Shown: piece by piece, positions 28,313-38,037 of the stretch | Numbering within the stretch: the stretch's first letter is position 1 | How the letters are laid out: each line of letters opens with the position of its first letter | Notes under the pieces: generated by a model | The model's database searches: none | What the model saw: the letters and a program-made list of their open reading frames with translations, nothing else | What the model was told of the DNA's origin: nothing | Position numbers and translations under genes: made by a program | Assembly: GCA_018396405.1 (NCBI GenBank) | Contig: JAGTQD010000004.1 | Coordinates: forward strand, 1-52,734 | From: Candidatus Bathyarchaeota archaeon | Lineage (GTDB): Archaea; Thermoproteota; Bathyarchaeia; Bathyarchaeales; DTEX01 | Direction: 5' to 3' | DNA: 52,734 nucleotides

Positions 28313-30040
28313 ATGCTTGTGATTACGGAGAAACCTTCCGTCGCAAAAAACATTCGGTTGGCAATAAAGCCGCCACCACCAACTCTTGCTCTCAGAGGGC
28401 ACATTTTAGAGCTGGATTTTCCTGAACAATACTCTAGGTGGAGAAGTGTTGATCCACGTGAACTCTTTAATGCTCCAGTAAAATGGACTATTAGGGATCA
28501 AGACACATATAAAGAACTAGTGAAGGCTGTTAAAAAAGCTGGGATTCTCGTTTTAGCTACTGATAACGATCCTGAGGGAGAATTAATAGCATATGAGTCT
28601 ATTCTAGTGGCTAAGGATTCCCTTGGTAGTATGCCAAAATACTGCCGAATGAGATTCAATACCGTTACATTAAGCGATCTACGGCATGCGTGGGAGAACC
28701 TTGAGCCAGACCTTAAATGGAACTGGGTTTGGAAAGCTCTATTTCGCCATAAATTCGATTTAATAACAGGTGCCGCGTATACTAGACTTCTAACCCTATC
28801 TAAGAAACTGGGTAACGGCGACAGCATAATTTCTTGGGGCTCATGTCAAATGCCGACACTATGGTTTGTTTATCAGAGAGAGATGGAGATTAGAAATTTT
28901 AAGCCCGAGAAATATTATGTCTTATCTGTAGTTTTAAATGTTCATGGCGTTAAAGTTAAGGTTTCCTCTGAACCAATTAAAGACAGTAATAAGTCTCGAG
29001 AAGCATACGCTTTAGCCAAAACGGCCAAATACGCCCTAGTTATGGACTTTCAGCTCATAGATGAGATTGAACAAAAGCCTCTCCCAACCGATACAGATTC
29101 AATGCTTCAAGATCTCTCTAAGATTACTGGTTTAAGCGCCGCTAAAATAATGTCTTTGGCGGAGTCTCTTTATGGTGATGGTTATATAAGCTATCCGAGA
29201 ACAGAGACAAATATGTGGTTAACCACTAATCATAGATCAATACTTTCAATGCTATCTTCAACGCCATTGGGCAAATACATCAATATGATGAATTATAGCC
29301 CTAGAGATGGTAAAAAGAATGATGGAGCGCATCCACCAATATATCCGACAGCATACTATCCATGGTCTGATGATAAAGGTAAAGTTTGGGAATACATCGC
29401 TAGAAGATACATCGCTAACGTTGTCGGCAAGAATGCAATCTTAAAAAAGTGGAGGTTACGAGTTGACATAAATGGTCTAAAGTTGGGTGCGGCTGGCAGA
29501 TACTTTGTTGATGAAGGTTTCTATCAGATTTTTCCATACTTTAAACCAAAAGACACCCTTTGGATTCCTCAGCTACACATAGGTGAAAAGCTACCCATCG
29601 TTGAGGTTAAACTGGAGGAGAAGAAGACAAAGCCCCCGCCACGTCTGACGGAGTCAGAGCTACTCAGTCTTTTGGAAAAGCATTTTATTGGGACGGACGC
29701 TACGAGGGCTGATTATCCGCAGATAATTGTTGAGAGGGGCTATGCTGAAAAAAAGCGTAAATCCTTTTATTTAAGTGATCTAGGTGAAGCTCTAGTGAAT
29801 TTATTAAAGGATGTAGATGAGCGGCTCGTTACGCCAGACACAAGACGTTACGTTGAACAGCTAATGGGTGAGGTTGAGCTTGGAAGAATTAGCGAAGAAG
29901 ACGCCCTCAAAAAAGCCCTAAAGATATACGAGAACCTCTTTGATAAAGTTTCACTTAAGCTAAAAACTATGAGAGATTCTGTTAACACGGGGATCAAGAA
30001 CACTCCCAATTCCATGAAGAAATCAAAATTCACATTCTGA
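28313..30040 (+). CDS. topA: Type IA DNA topoisomerase (compact, no Zn-ribbon tail)
   Basis: ITEKPS, ATDNDPEGE, SYPRTET (catalytic Tyr), AHPPIYP and IGTDATR. Confidence 0.92.
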   Translation: MLVITEKPSVAKNIRLAIKPPPPTLALRGHILELDFPEQYSRWRSVDPRELFNAPVKWTIRDQDTYKELVKAVKKAGILVLATDNDPEGELIAYESILVAKDSLGSMPKYCRMRFNTVTLSDLRHAWENLEPDLKWNWVWKALFRHKFDLITGAAYTRLLTLSKKLGNGDSIISWGSCQMPTLWFVYQREMEIRNFKPEKYYVLSVVLNVHGVKVKVSSEPIKDSNKSREAYALAKTAKYALVMDFQLIDEIEQKPLPTDTDSMLQDLSKITGLSAAKIMSLAESLYGDGYISYPRTETNMWLTTNHRSILSMLSSTPLGKYINMMNYSPRDGKKNDGAHPPIYPTAYYPWSDDKGKVWEYIARRYIANVVGKNAILKKWRLRVDINGLKLGAAGRYFVDEGFYQIFPYFKPKDTLWIPQLHIGEKLPIVEVKLEEKKTKPPPRLTESELLSLLEKHFIGTDATRADYPQIIVERGYAEKKRKSFYLSDLGEALVNLLKDVDERLVTPDTRRYVEQLMGEVELGRISEEDALKKALKIYENLFDKVSLKLKTMRDSVNTGIKNTPNSMKKSKFTF

Positions 30041-30144
30041 AAAACCCTTTCATTCATTAATTTTCATCGGTTAAAGAAAATAGTTTTAGCTTGCTTATTT
30101 AGAGAAATTAATATTCTACGCAATCATGTCTAAATCTACTTATT

Positions 30145-30415
30145 TGAGCGCCTACCCTAAAAGATCCTAGAAGCTGTTGTGGGATTTATGGATTTTCATC
30201 CCTTCCCCCTCAATTATTTCATTAGGGGCTTTCTGTGGCAACGGAGACTTCCCTCATCCTGCGCGTGACCACCACATATTGGGCGTAAGCCCATTTGGCG
30301 CTCCACTCATCAATCACGAAATACACTAAACATCCATAAAATCTATCTATTAGGAGCTATCGTCAACCCTAAAATATGGGCTTTATCAAATAAAATTATT
30401 GGGTAAGGGCGCTGA
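30145..30415 (-). mobile_element. Possible non-autonomous IS200/IS605 (tnpB 3'-end/omegaRNA-like) remnant
   Basis: Minus strand GATGAGGGAAGTCTCCGTTGCCACAGAAAGCCCCTAATGAAATAATTGAGGGGGAAGGG resembles archaeal tnpB tails from memory. Imperfect inverted repeats flank it. Confidence 0.4.
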
Positions 30416-30487
30416 GGAGAATTAAGTAGTTTTCGTATTACAAAAGTTTAATATTTGCTTCAGGGAACATTAAGGAGAGGGAGTATA

Positions 30488-31243
30488 TTGGGCATCAATA
30501 ATGAGATTAAAATTGTTGAGATTAGGGATATTTCTGAAGGTCTCACAGTTGTTTGCGGTTTACCAGATGTTGGTTTAGTTGGCGTCATTGCGGCAACACA
30601 TATAATCTCGAAGCTAAATCTTAGAGAGGCGGCTTACGTGGAAACAGATCTATTCCCACCAGTAATTATACTTGAGGGCGGTTTACCAAAGTCGCCAGTA
30701 AGGATTTTTGAGGGTGGGGGGATCGCGGTCTTAACTTCCGAAATAGCTATCCCTTCAGATACACTTTACCCATTAGTGAGGAGTATAGTGGACTGGGTGT
30801 GGAGGAAAAAGGCTGAGAAAGTATTTGTTTTAAGTGGGATTCCAGTTCCAAATAGGCATGAGATTGAGAAGGTTAGAGTTTTTGGGGCCGCATCAGACGA
30901 GAACATGCTAAAGACTTTAAAAGATAATGAGGTTGAAATCATTGAGAGGGGTTTCATAGTCGGCCCACAAGCCTTAATACTAAAGTATTGCATGGATAAG
31001 AAGATACCGGCAGCAGCTTTATTAGCTGAAACATTCTATAATTATCCCGATCCAGAGGCATCATCTATGGTAATACAGACACTTAACAGAATAATAAACA
31101 TAAATGTTGACGTATCCGAGCTAATAGAGAGGGGAGAAGAAGTTCGTCTGGCTATGAGGGATATGATGCGGAGAACGCAGGCTGAGCTTGCCAAGATTAA
31201 AAAATCTCATGAATATGATGTCCCAAGCTTCTATATTAGGTAG
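30488..31243 (+). CDS. Proteasome assembly chaperone (PAC2/PbaA-like)
   Basis: GLPDVGLVG, PVRIF and YPDPEA. TTG start follows a purine-rich RBS-like sequence; C-terminus is FYIR. Confidence 0.88.
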   Translation: MGINNEIKIVEIRDISEGLTVVCGLPDVGLVGVIAATHIISKLNLREAAYVETDLFPPVIILEGGLPKSPVRIFEGGGIAVLTSEIAIPSDTLYPLVRSIVDWVWRKKAEKVFVLSGIPVPNRHEIEKVRVFGAASDENMLKTLKDNEVEIIERGFIVGPQALILKYCMDKKIPAAALLAETFYNYPDPEASSMVIQTLNRIININVDVSELIERGEEVRLAMRDMMRRTQAELAKIKKSHEYDVPSFYIR

Positions 31244-31251
31244 GTGCTAGT

Positions 31252-31710
31252 ATGGGAGGTGCGGAAGTGAGCGTAAGAAGGCGGAGATCGATTTTTGACC
31301 TACTACGCGAATATATTGAGGAAATTGAAGCCTTAACGGATGAGATTTTTGAGAGGGTTACAGAGAAACCTAGCTGGGATATTAGTTCACAATCACTCGA
31401 ACCTTTATGCGATGTTCATGTCAGCCATGATAGGGTTATCGTGACCGCCGATTTACCAAAGGCCGATCCGGAGAGTATAAGAATAAGCAGTATAAGGGAC
31501 GACCTTATAGAAATCACTGCTAAGATGAGGGTTAAGATAAGGTTCGAGGATTTAGGCGTATCTCATAGGAGAGGAGAATTCACATGCTTCTGCTGTAGAG
31601 TGCCATTACCGGTTCCAGTTGATATTAGTGGTGCAAAAGTCAGATATGTTAAGGGCATACTGGAGATAACACTTCCAAGAAAGAGGGGCTACGAGATTAA
31701 GATAGAGTAG
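31252..31710 (+). CDS. Small heat-shock protein (Hsp20/alpha-crystallin)
   Basis: EPLCDV, VTADLP, LPVPVD and GILEITLP, with a C-terminal IKIE. Confidence 0.9.
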   Translation: MGGAEVSVRRRRSIFDLLREYIEEIEALTDEIFERVTEKPSWDISSQSLEPLCDVHVSHDRVIVTADLPKADPESIRISSIRDDLIEITAKMRVKIRFEDLGVSHRRGEFTCFCCRVPLPVPVDISGAKVRYVKGILEITLPRKRGYEIKIE

Positions 31711-32047
31711 CCCAGCTTAAATTGGTTGCCGTCTCCAATATTCCGGTGATTACCTGCCTCATATATATGAGACTAAATAGCTCTCAGATTCTTTCATAGA
31801 AGGCTGAATTGTAGCGTTTAGCAAGAATGCAAATAAAGTGCCTTCCTTCTTAATCCTAAAGCATAGAGAACTAAAGGTTCTCAGGGGCTTAGAAGATGAT
31901 TCCGTAGTTTTTATAGACTATTACTGTGAGAAGCGCTATAAATATGAGGACAGCAATAAACTCCTCGGAACAACAAACAATATTGAGTAGAGGAGCTAGA
32001 CCAAACGATGCCGGCAGACTCATTGAGACAGTGAGGGTGGCGGCCTC

Positions 32048-32125
32048 GCAGCACCATATAACTTAAGCGGATCCGACTACAGCGGTCGGAAAGCTCAAAA
32101 GCTTGCAGTGCCATATAACTTAAGC
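32048..32125. repeat. Pair of 21-bp direct repeats GCAG(C/T)(A/G)CCATATAACTTAAGC separated by 36 nt
   Basis: Copies at 32048-32068 and 32105-32125, 19/21 identical. Confidence 0.85.
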
Positions 32126-32421
32126 CTGAATGTAAACAAACCGTGGGGGATAAGCATCCATAAAACTTTCATTTCTCTTCATCATATACATGGGGAATAT
32201 CGGCAAGAGACTTGAAAAATCTCAAGAAGGTAATTGAGACGCCCTGCTCTTGGATTCTCGATGGATGGAGGATTGTGAAAGGACTTTTTTTGGATCCTCC
32301 AGGATTTATGAGGGAGAAGACAGCAATGCCGTAATGATCCGACTAAATGACCTAGTAGGAAAGCTGGGGCCCTAAACAATCTAAAGAAAAATGGGCGGCA
32401 TAACCTAAGTTAACCGAGTCT

Positions 32422-33003
32422 TCATCTCGGTTTACATATTATCTCTTTTATTTTCCTTCTCTCTTCTTTCCTGCCGAATATTGTCTCTAACTCAAGGAAG
32501 TCTTTGCTCCTTATTGCCTCAATAATGATTGCGGTATCCGCTCCCCCACCCTTTTCGTAACCAAGTCTGCCAGTTCCGCCAATAGCGATAACTTCTTCTT
32601 TCGGTCTTATAAAGCCCATCTCCGTTGCAATTAAAGTAACTTCAACGCAAACCTTAAGCCCCTCACAGAACCTACGTAATGTATCTTGGACGACCTCTGG
32701 GAACTCATACTTAACATCAGAGGCATAACAGAAATTATGCCCCATTTGCCCTATCTTCCGCTGTAAATCCTCTGGAAAACCTGGAAATTGCGGACCCTTT
32801 ATGCTCACAATAGTCAATTTAATGTCAGTATCCTTGAAGATCTCTAGCGCCCTCTCAGCAGTAAAGCCAGTTACTGAGGCTATAATAACATTTTTTATGC
32901 CTTTTTCAAGAGCTTTCTCTTTAGCTAAGCTAAGCGTAATATCAGTATTGTGCCTTCCGCCAGATTCAAAATAAACAATTTTCTCCACTATCATACTACT
33001 CAA
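32422..33003 (-). CDS. Pyruvate-kinase C-terminal-like (MTH1675/DUF1867) protein
   Basis: YFESGG.HNT, IIASVTGFTA, GLKVCVEV, GGADTA and IICKPR. Confidence 0.85.
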   Translation of the reverse strand: MSSMIVEKIVYFESGGRHNTDITLSLAKEKALEKGIKNVIIASVTGFTAERALEIFKDTDIKLTIVSIKGPQFPGFPEDLQRKIGQMGHNFCYASDVKYEFPEVVQDTLRRFCEGLKVCVEVTLIATEMGFIRPKEEVIAIGGTGRLGYEKGGGADTAIIIEAIRSKDFLELETIFGRKEERRKIKEIICKPR

Positions 33004-33174
33004 CCAACTTATGTTAAGACTTTTATTTTTAATAATTAAAGCTATATTTATCTCTTATTTTTGTGGGGTTTAGGGGATACGAAATATGCGTAAAGCTGGG
33101 TTCGCTGACGCGAAATTTAAAATTTTTGAGGAGTAAGTATTTTATGATAAGGAAGGTTGGGGAGGGGAAGCTTC

Positions 33175-33912
33175 ATGAAGGTTCTTGAGGTTATTAATGT
33201 AACCAAGCGTTTTGGTGGGCTTGTTGCTCTAAACGACGTATGTCTTCACATAAATAAAGGTGAAATAGTTGGTCTTATCGGACCAAACGGTTCTGGAAAA
33301 ACAACGCTCTTTAATGTCATATCTGGTACATTTAAGCCTGATTCTGGCATGATATACTTTGAGGGAAAAAATATAACTGGTTTATCTCCGTATAAGATTT
33401 GTAAATTGGGAGTTGCTAGAACATTTCAGATACCGAAACCTTTTCCCAATATGACCGTTTATGAAAACCTTTTTGCGTCGGCATGTTTTGGGCGTGCTGA
33501 AGGAAATAAAGTATCAGACATAAAGAAGGATTTAGAAGAGATATTGGAGAGACTCGAGTTAAAAAAGAAAAGTAATATCTTAGCATCAAACTTAACGATT
33601 TTTGATCAAAGAATGCTTGAGTTGGCAAGAGCGCTTTCCATTAAGCCGAAACTTTTACTGCTAGACGAGGTCTTGGCTGGTTTAAATCCAATGGAGACCA
33701 TGCATGCACTCAGAATTATTAATGACCTCCAAAGCAGAGACGGTATCACCATCTTTATGATTGAGCATAACATGCGTGCGATAATGGAGATCTCGGATCG
33801 GATTATCGTTCTTCATTACGGGAATAAAATAGCTGAAGGAACTCCTGAAGAAGTGGCCAGGGAACCAGAAGTCATTAAAGTTTATTTAGGTGAAGCGTAT
33901 GCTGGAAGTTAA
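33175..33912 (+). CDS. livG: Liv-type ABC transporter ATPase
   Basis: KRFGGLVA, GPNGSGKTT, ARTFQ, LLDE and VYLG. Confidence 0.9.
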   Translation: MKVLEVINVTKRFGGLVALNDVCLHINKGEIVGLIGPNGSGKTTLFNVISGTFKPDSGMIYFEGKNITGLSPYKICKLGVARTFQIPKPFPNMTVYENLFASACFGRAEGNKVSDIKKDLEEILERLELKKKSNILASNLTIFDQRMLELARALSIKPKLLLLDEVLAGLNPMETMHALRIINDLQSRDGITIFMIEHNMRAIMEISDRIIVLHYGNKIAEGTPEEVAREPEVIKVYLGEAYAGS

Positions 33913-34603
33913 TAGACTCAATGTCTCACGAGGGGTAATCCCGGTTTTATGGGATGTTTCCCTTGAAGTTAGAAGAGGGGAGATAGTATCATTAATAGGC
34001 GCAAATGGCGCTGGCAAGACAACACTTTTAAGCACAATTGCTGGTTTATTAAAGCCGTCCTTTGGAACTATTATATTTAATGGCAGGGAGATAAGCAATC
34101 TTCCGCCTCACAAAATTGTAAACTTAGGACTATCTTTTGTACCCGAAGATAGAAAAATCTTTGCACACATGAGTGTTCGAGAGAACCTCCTTTTAGGCGC
34201 TTATACCTCTAGAGGGGAAAAATCAAAGGAGAAGATGTTAAGATTTGTTTACGAGATTTTTCCAGTATTGAAGGAGAGGGAGAACCAGCTGGCAAGTACC
34301 CTGAGCGGAGGAGAACAGAGAATGCTTGCAATAGCCCGCGGCTTAATGTCCAACCCAAATCTATTAATGCTTGATGAACCAACCCAAGGCCTCTCACCAA
34401 GGCTAACAATTAATCTATTTAACGCCATTAAGAATCTTAAAGAGCATGGACTCAGTATCCTTTTAGCTGAACAAAATGTCTATTATTCCTTAAAAGTGTC
34501 TGATAGAGCATATATAATGGAGACTGGTAGAATAACTTTGCATGGAACGGGCGAAGAACTTTTAGAAAATGAATATATTAAGAGAGCCTTCTTAGGAATC
34601 TAA
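33899..34603 (+). CDS. livF: Liv-type ABC transporter ATPase
   Basis: GANGAGKTT, VPEDR, LSGGEQ and EQN. Confidence 0.9.
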   Translation: MLEVNRLNVSRGVIPVLWDVSLEVRRGEIVSLIGANGAGKTTLLSTIAGLLKPSFGTIIFNGREISNLPPHKIVNLGLSFVPEDRKIFAHMSVRENLLLGAYTSRGEKSKEKMLRFVYEIFPVLKERENQLASTLSGGEQRMLAIARGLMSNPNLLMLDEPTQGLSPRLTINLFNAIKNLKEHGLSILLAEQNVYYSLKVSDRAYIMETGRITLHGTGEELLENEYIKRAFLGI

Positions 34604-35568
34604 GGGTTTATTCTCTCTTTTGAGAATTTTCCTTTGAATTTCTCAACTATTCCCATTAGGCCATTTGGCATGAACATTATTATAAGGATTAGCAGAAAAC
34701 CTATTATTGCTAGGAAATGATAGGGATAAGCTACTCTAAGGTATTCCTCAAGTAGTGATAAGAGTACTGCGCCAGCAATTGGTCCATAAATTGTCCAAGC
34801 CCCTCCGAGAAGGGTCATAACAGCTGGTAAGAAAGAAAAGAGCGGATCAAACGCTATATCTGTATTTATATATGCGAACCTTGTCGTGAAGCATCCACCC
34901 ATAAATCCAATACACATGGCACTAGCTCCAAAACTCATAGTTTTAAACAGCGTTGCATTTACACCCACATGAAGGGCTGTTTCCTCACATCCGCCGATCA
35001 TCTTCAGCGCTAAGCCAAATTTAGACTTTCTTAAAATTGTTGTCAAGACAAATACTGCAAGCGTGGTTATCAAAATAGAGTAATAAATTGTTCCACTATC
35101 AAATAGTATAGGAAGATACGTTCCACGCGTGCCAGTTATCCTTATCTCCCACCACTGGAAAATATTCCTAAGCATTTCGCTGATCCCGAATGTAAGTATT
35201 GCAAAATATATGCTCTTCACTCTTAAAGTTACCAGACCGATGGCCGAGGCTAATGCAAAGTTTAATAGTCCTGCCAATAGCACGATTAGGGGCATTGGTA
35301 GAAGCGGAAAATAACCGCGGTAACTTAGTTCTAGATATTTTGCAGTAAAGTATGCCCCAAGCCCAAAGAAGCCAGCAGATCCCAACGAAACATATTTTGT
35401 GAGACCAGAAAAGAAGTGCCAGCTTACAGTGAGAGCGAGCCATAAGAGCACAGTTCTTAGAATTGAAAGATGATAGTCGGCTAAGAAAAATGGGGCAAAA
35501 ATTAACACTAGGAGTGCCAGAACTGACAACAGTAGAGTAACATTAGCCTTTATTTTTTTCTCTAACAT
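34600..35568 (-). CDS. livM: Liv-type ABC transporter permease
   Basis: SLGSAGFFGLGAY, YFAILT and PNGL; hydrophobic. Confidence 0.88.
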   Translation of the reverse strand: MLEKKIKANVTLLLSVLALLVLIFAPFFLADYHLSILRTVLLWLALTVSWHFFSGLTKYVSLGSAGFFGLGAYFTAKYLELSYRGYFPLLPMPLIVLLAGLLNFALASAIGLVTLRVKSIYFAILTFGISEMLRNIFQWWEIRITGTRGTYLPILFDSGTIYYSILITTLAVFVLTTILRKSKFGLALKMIGGCEETALHVGVNATLFKTMSFGASAMCIGFMGGCFTTRFAYINTDIAFDPLFSFLPAVMTLLGGAWTIYGPIAGAVLLSLLEEYLRVAYPYHFLAIIGFLLILIIMFMPNGLMGIVEKFKGKFSKERINP

Positions 35569-35571
35569 AGA

Positions 35572-36432
35572 TTATCGCCCAAATAACCCTCTTGGCCTAC
35601 TTATAAGGAAAACTATAAGGAATAAATATATAATTGCCATAACCATGAGAGGCTCAATCTTTAAGGTTAAATAATATATATATCCTATAATGAAGCCGCC
35701 CGCTAAGCTCCCTATAAAGCTTCCAAGACCGCCCAAAACAATTATTGCAAGAGCGATAAATGTATATTGCGGTCCTATATATGGATTTATGTTTGTATAG
35801 ATCATGGACACCATTGTGCCAGCAATAGCAGCTAATAAGACGCTTAAGCCAAACGACAATGAATGAATCTTTTGGACATTTACGCCCACAAGCTGGGCGC
35901 CTATAGGTTCCTCAACAACGGCTCTCAGGGCCAGCCCTATCTTCGTTGAGCATAATAATAAATAAAGAACTATACTAATAGCCACGGACATTATCGCTGA
36001 GGCTATCATATTTATCTGAAATCTCTCCCCAAATATGAAAATAGCCTCTGTAAGATATGTGTTGCTTATTGGCATTGCACCGAAAACTGCTCGAACCATA
36101 TTTTGGATAACGAAGAGGAGCCCAAAGCATGCTAAAAGTGATCGGAACTCGAGCTCTTCAGCCGATTTAGATATGGAAACAATTTTACGGAAAATAAGAG
36201 CTTGTATTAGAATCCCTAAGATGAAGACTACTGGCCCGCTCATTACCAACGAGATGAGTGGATTTAAACCGTAATAGCTGAAAAAGATATTAGTGACATA
36301 GGCGCCGAGCATGAGAAACTCTCCATGCGCCACATTTAATATTCTCGTCACACCATATTGTAAGTTAAGCCCAACAGCTATTAGAGAGAAAATCGCTCCT
36401 AAAATTGCGCCGCCAATAATAACATCTATCAA
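35572..36432 (-). CDS. livH: Liv-type ABC transporter permease
   Basis: GLNLQYGV..ILNVAHGE, GGLGS and RPRGLFG. Confidence 0.9.
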   Translation of the reverse strand: MIDVIIGGAILGAIFSLIAVGLNLQYGVTRILNVAHGEFLMLGAYVTNIFFSYYGLNPLISLVMSGPVVFILGILIQALIFRKIVSISKSAEELEFRSLLACFGLLFVIQNMVRAVFGAMPISNTYLTEAIFIFGERFQINMIASAIMSVAISIVLYLLLCSTKIGLALRAVVEEPIGAQLVGVNVQKIHSLSFGLSVLLAAIAGTMVSMIYTNINPYIGPQYTFIALAIIVLGGLGSFIGSLAGGFIIGYIYYLTLKIEPLMVMAIIYLFLIVFLISRPRGLFGR

Positions 36433-36516
36433 ACTCCTATACCCCCAAAATAACTTTATGATATAAAAAATAATAAAGGGGGGATTTTAAGGTTGGACAA
36501 TAACGTTATCCCCCTT

Positions 36517-37869
36517 TTAAGATGGCCAAGCTGGCTTTGGACAAATAATCTTTGCTGAGGCAACCTCCAGCGGCCATATAACCTCCATCATGTCCCCGCC
36601 TTGCCATTGAGTTAATGTTCCCGCCAACTCGCATTGCGCGCTATAACCTTGTCTAAATCTGAATTTTCCGACTATGGTATCAAATGTCTCCGTTGCTAGG
36701 GCATCTCTTATCTTATCCCTATTAAGACCATACTTCTCAACAGCTTTAAGGAGACACTCAAGGCCGGCGTAGAATGTTGCTGAAGCAGGGAACGGATATG
36801 CACCGATGCGTTTCTTATGTTCTTCAGCCCACTCCTTCAGCTTTGGCTCCTTATAAGCTGTTGCAGGCCAGCCATCGTAGTAGCATACTCCAATGAGGTC
36901 CTGTGGAGTGAACCCAAAGGGGCCGTATACTAGGCCTGGAACTTCCATTGTCGGTCCAACAAATATTAACTTTGGATTAAAGTTCTGGGCTTTGCATTGA
37001 TGTACAAATAATGCTCCCTCCGTATAACCACAAAGGATTACGACATCCACATTCGCGGTTTTAAGCGTACTTATGAGTGGAGTGAAGTCTGCGATATCTG
37101 GTGGATAGCTTTGGTGAATGGGCACTTCAAATCCTCTCATTACTAAGTGGGAGTATATTGCTCCGGAGTACTCCACACCATGCTGATCTGAGTGATATAT
37201 TATTCCTATACGCTTAATCGGCGTTATCTCTTTATTTATGTATTCAAAAAGGTCAGCTATCTCCTTTCCAGTCTCGCTGGGTAAACCAAGAACGCTAAAG
37301 GCATACTTAAATTCTCCCTTTCGCATCTTTTCAGCAGCTATCTCGGAACCGAACGTCAGGGCAACTAGTGGATAACGGTACCTTTCGGTAAGCGGAAAAA
37401 CCGCGAAGTTAAAAGCTGTGCCCCAGGGCGCAAAAAGTAAGTCCACTTTATCTTCAACTATAAGCTTCTCGACTAAAGTTAGCATTGTGTCTATAGAGTT
37501 CTTGTCATCGTATTCTATGAGCTTTATGCGCAACCGCTTTCCATATTCAGGAACGTATAGCCCACCCTTCGCATTATAATCTTCGACAATCATATGATAA
37601 TATGCATGGTGAAGGGCACAAGCGGCTGCCTGCGGTCCCGAAAGAGTGTGTGCCACTCCAATGACCACATACTCTTTGGGTGGAGGAGCTGGTGTGGGTG
37701 TTGGTGCAGGTGTCGGCGTTGGTGTGGGTGTAGGTGGTGCTGTTGGGGGTGTAGGCGGGGCTGCCGGAGGAAGTGTAGCAAAATAGTAGGCTACGCCTAC
37801 CACGACTACAACGATCAATATAACGGCAATAATTATAGCTTGTGTTTTTGTAATAGCCTTTCTTTTCAA
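36517..37869 (-). CDS. Liv-type substrate-binding protein with N-terminal membrane anchor and Pro/Thr linker
   Basis: KRKA followed by a hydrophobic helix, a PT-rich linker, then a type I periplasmic binding fold (YDDK, DLLFAPWGT, QWQ). Confidence 0.88.
   Translation of the reverse strand: MKRKAITKTQAIIIAVILIVVVVVGVAYYFATLPPAAPPTPPTAPPTPTPTPTPAPTPTPAPPPKEYVVIGVAHTLSGPQAAACALHHAYYHMIVEDYNAKGGLYVPEYGKRLRIKLIEYDDKNSIDTMLTLVEKLIVEDKVDLLFAPWGTAFNFAVFPLTERYRYPLVALTFGSEIAAEKMRKGEFKYAFSVLGLPSETGKEIADLFEYINKEITPIKRIGIIYHSDQHGVEYSGAIYSHLVMRGFEVPIHQSYPPDIADFTPLISTLKTANVDVVILCGYTEGALFVHQCKAQNFNPKLIFVGPTMEVPGLVYGPFGFTPQDLIGVCYYDGWPATAYKEPKLKEWAEEHKKRIGAYPFPASATFYAGLECLLKAVEKYGLNRDKIRDALATETFDTIVGKFRFRQGYSAQCELAGTLTQWQGGDMMEVIWPLEVASAKIICPKPAWPS
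37678..37770 (-). repeat. Low-complexity Pro/Thr/Ala-coding repeat in the binding-protein linker
   Basis: Encodes PPAAPPTPPTAPPTPTPTPTPAPTPTPAPPP. Confidence 0.9.
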
Positions 37870-38037
37870 GAAAATCCCCTAATTACTTAGAATAGAATAA
37901 AGATGTATTTATATCTTGCTTATTCTTGCTTCTTAAGGACTTTTAGTCTAATCTAATCATCAAGTATATTGACAGAGCTGAAAAATCGCCGTTGTTGCAA
38001 TAAAAGTCGCTTTCGATTGTAGCGTAACTCATCTGCA

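Noticed and set aside
32048-32125. CRISPR array call
   Set aside because: Only two clear repeats, atypical repeat ends, a structured spacer, and no leader or cas genes. Kept as an unexplained repeat.
31911-32379. Two 65-67 aa minus-strand ORFs
   Set aside because: No motifs and atypical composition; probably spurious.
37590-37890. His/Gln-rich and Cys/Arg-rich short ORFs
   Set aside because: Alternative-frame and antisense translations of the Pro/Thr linker.
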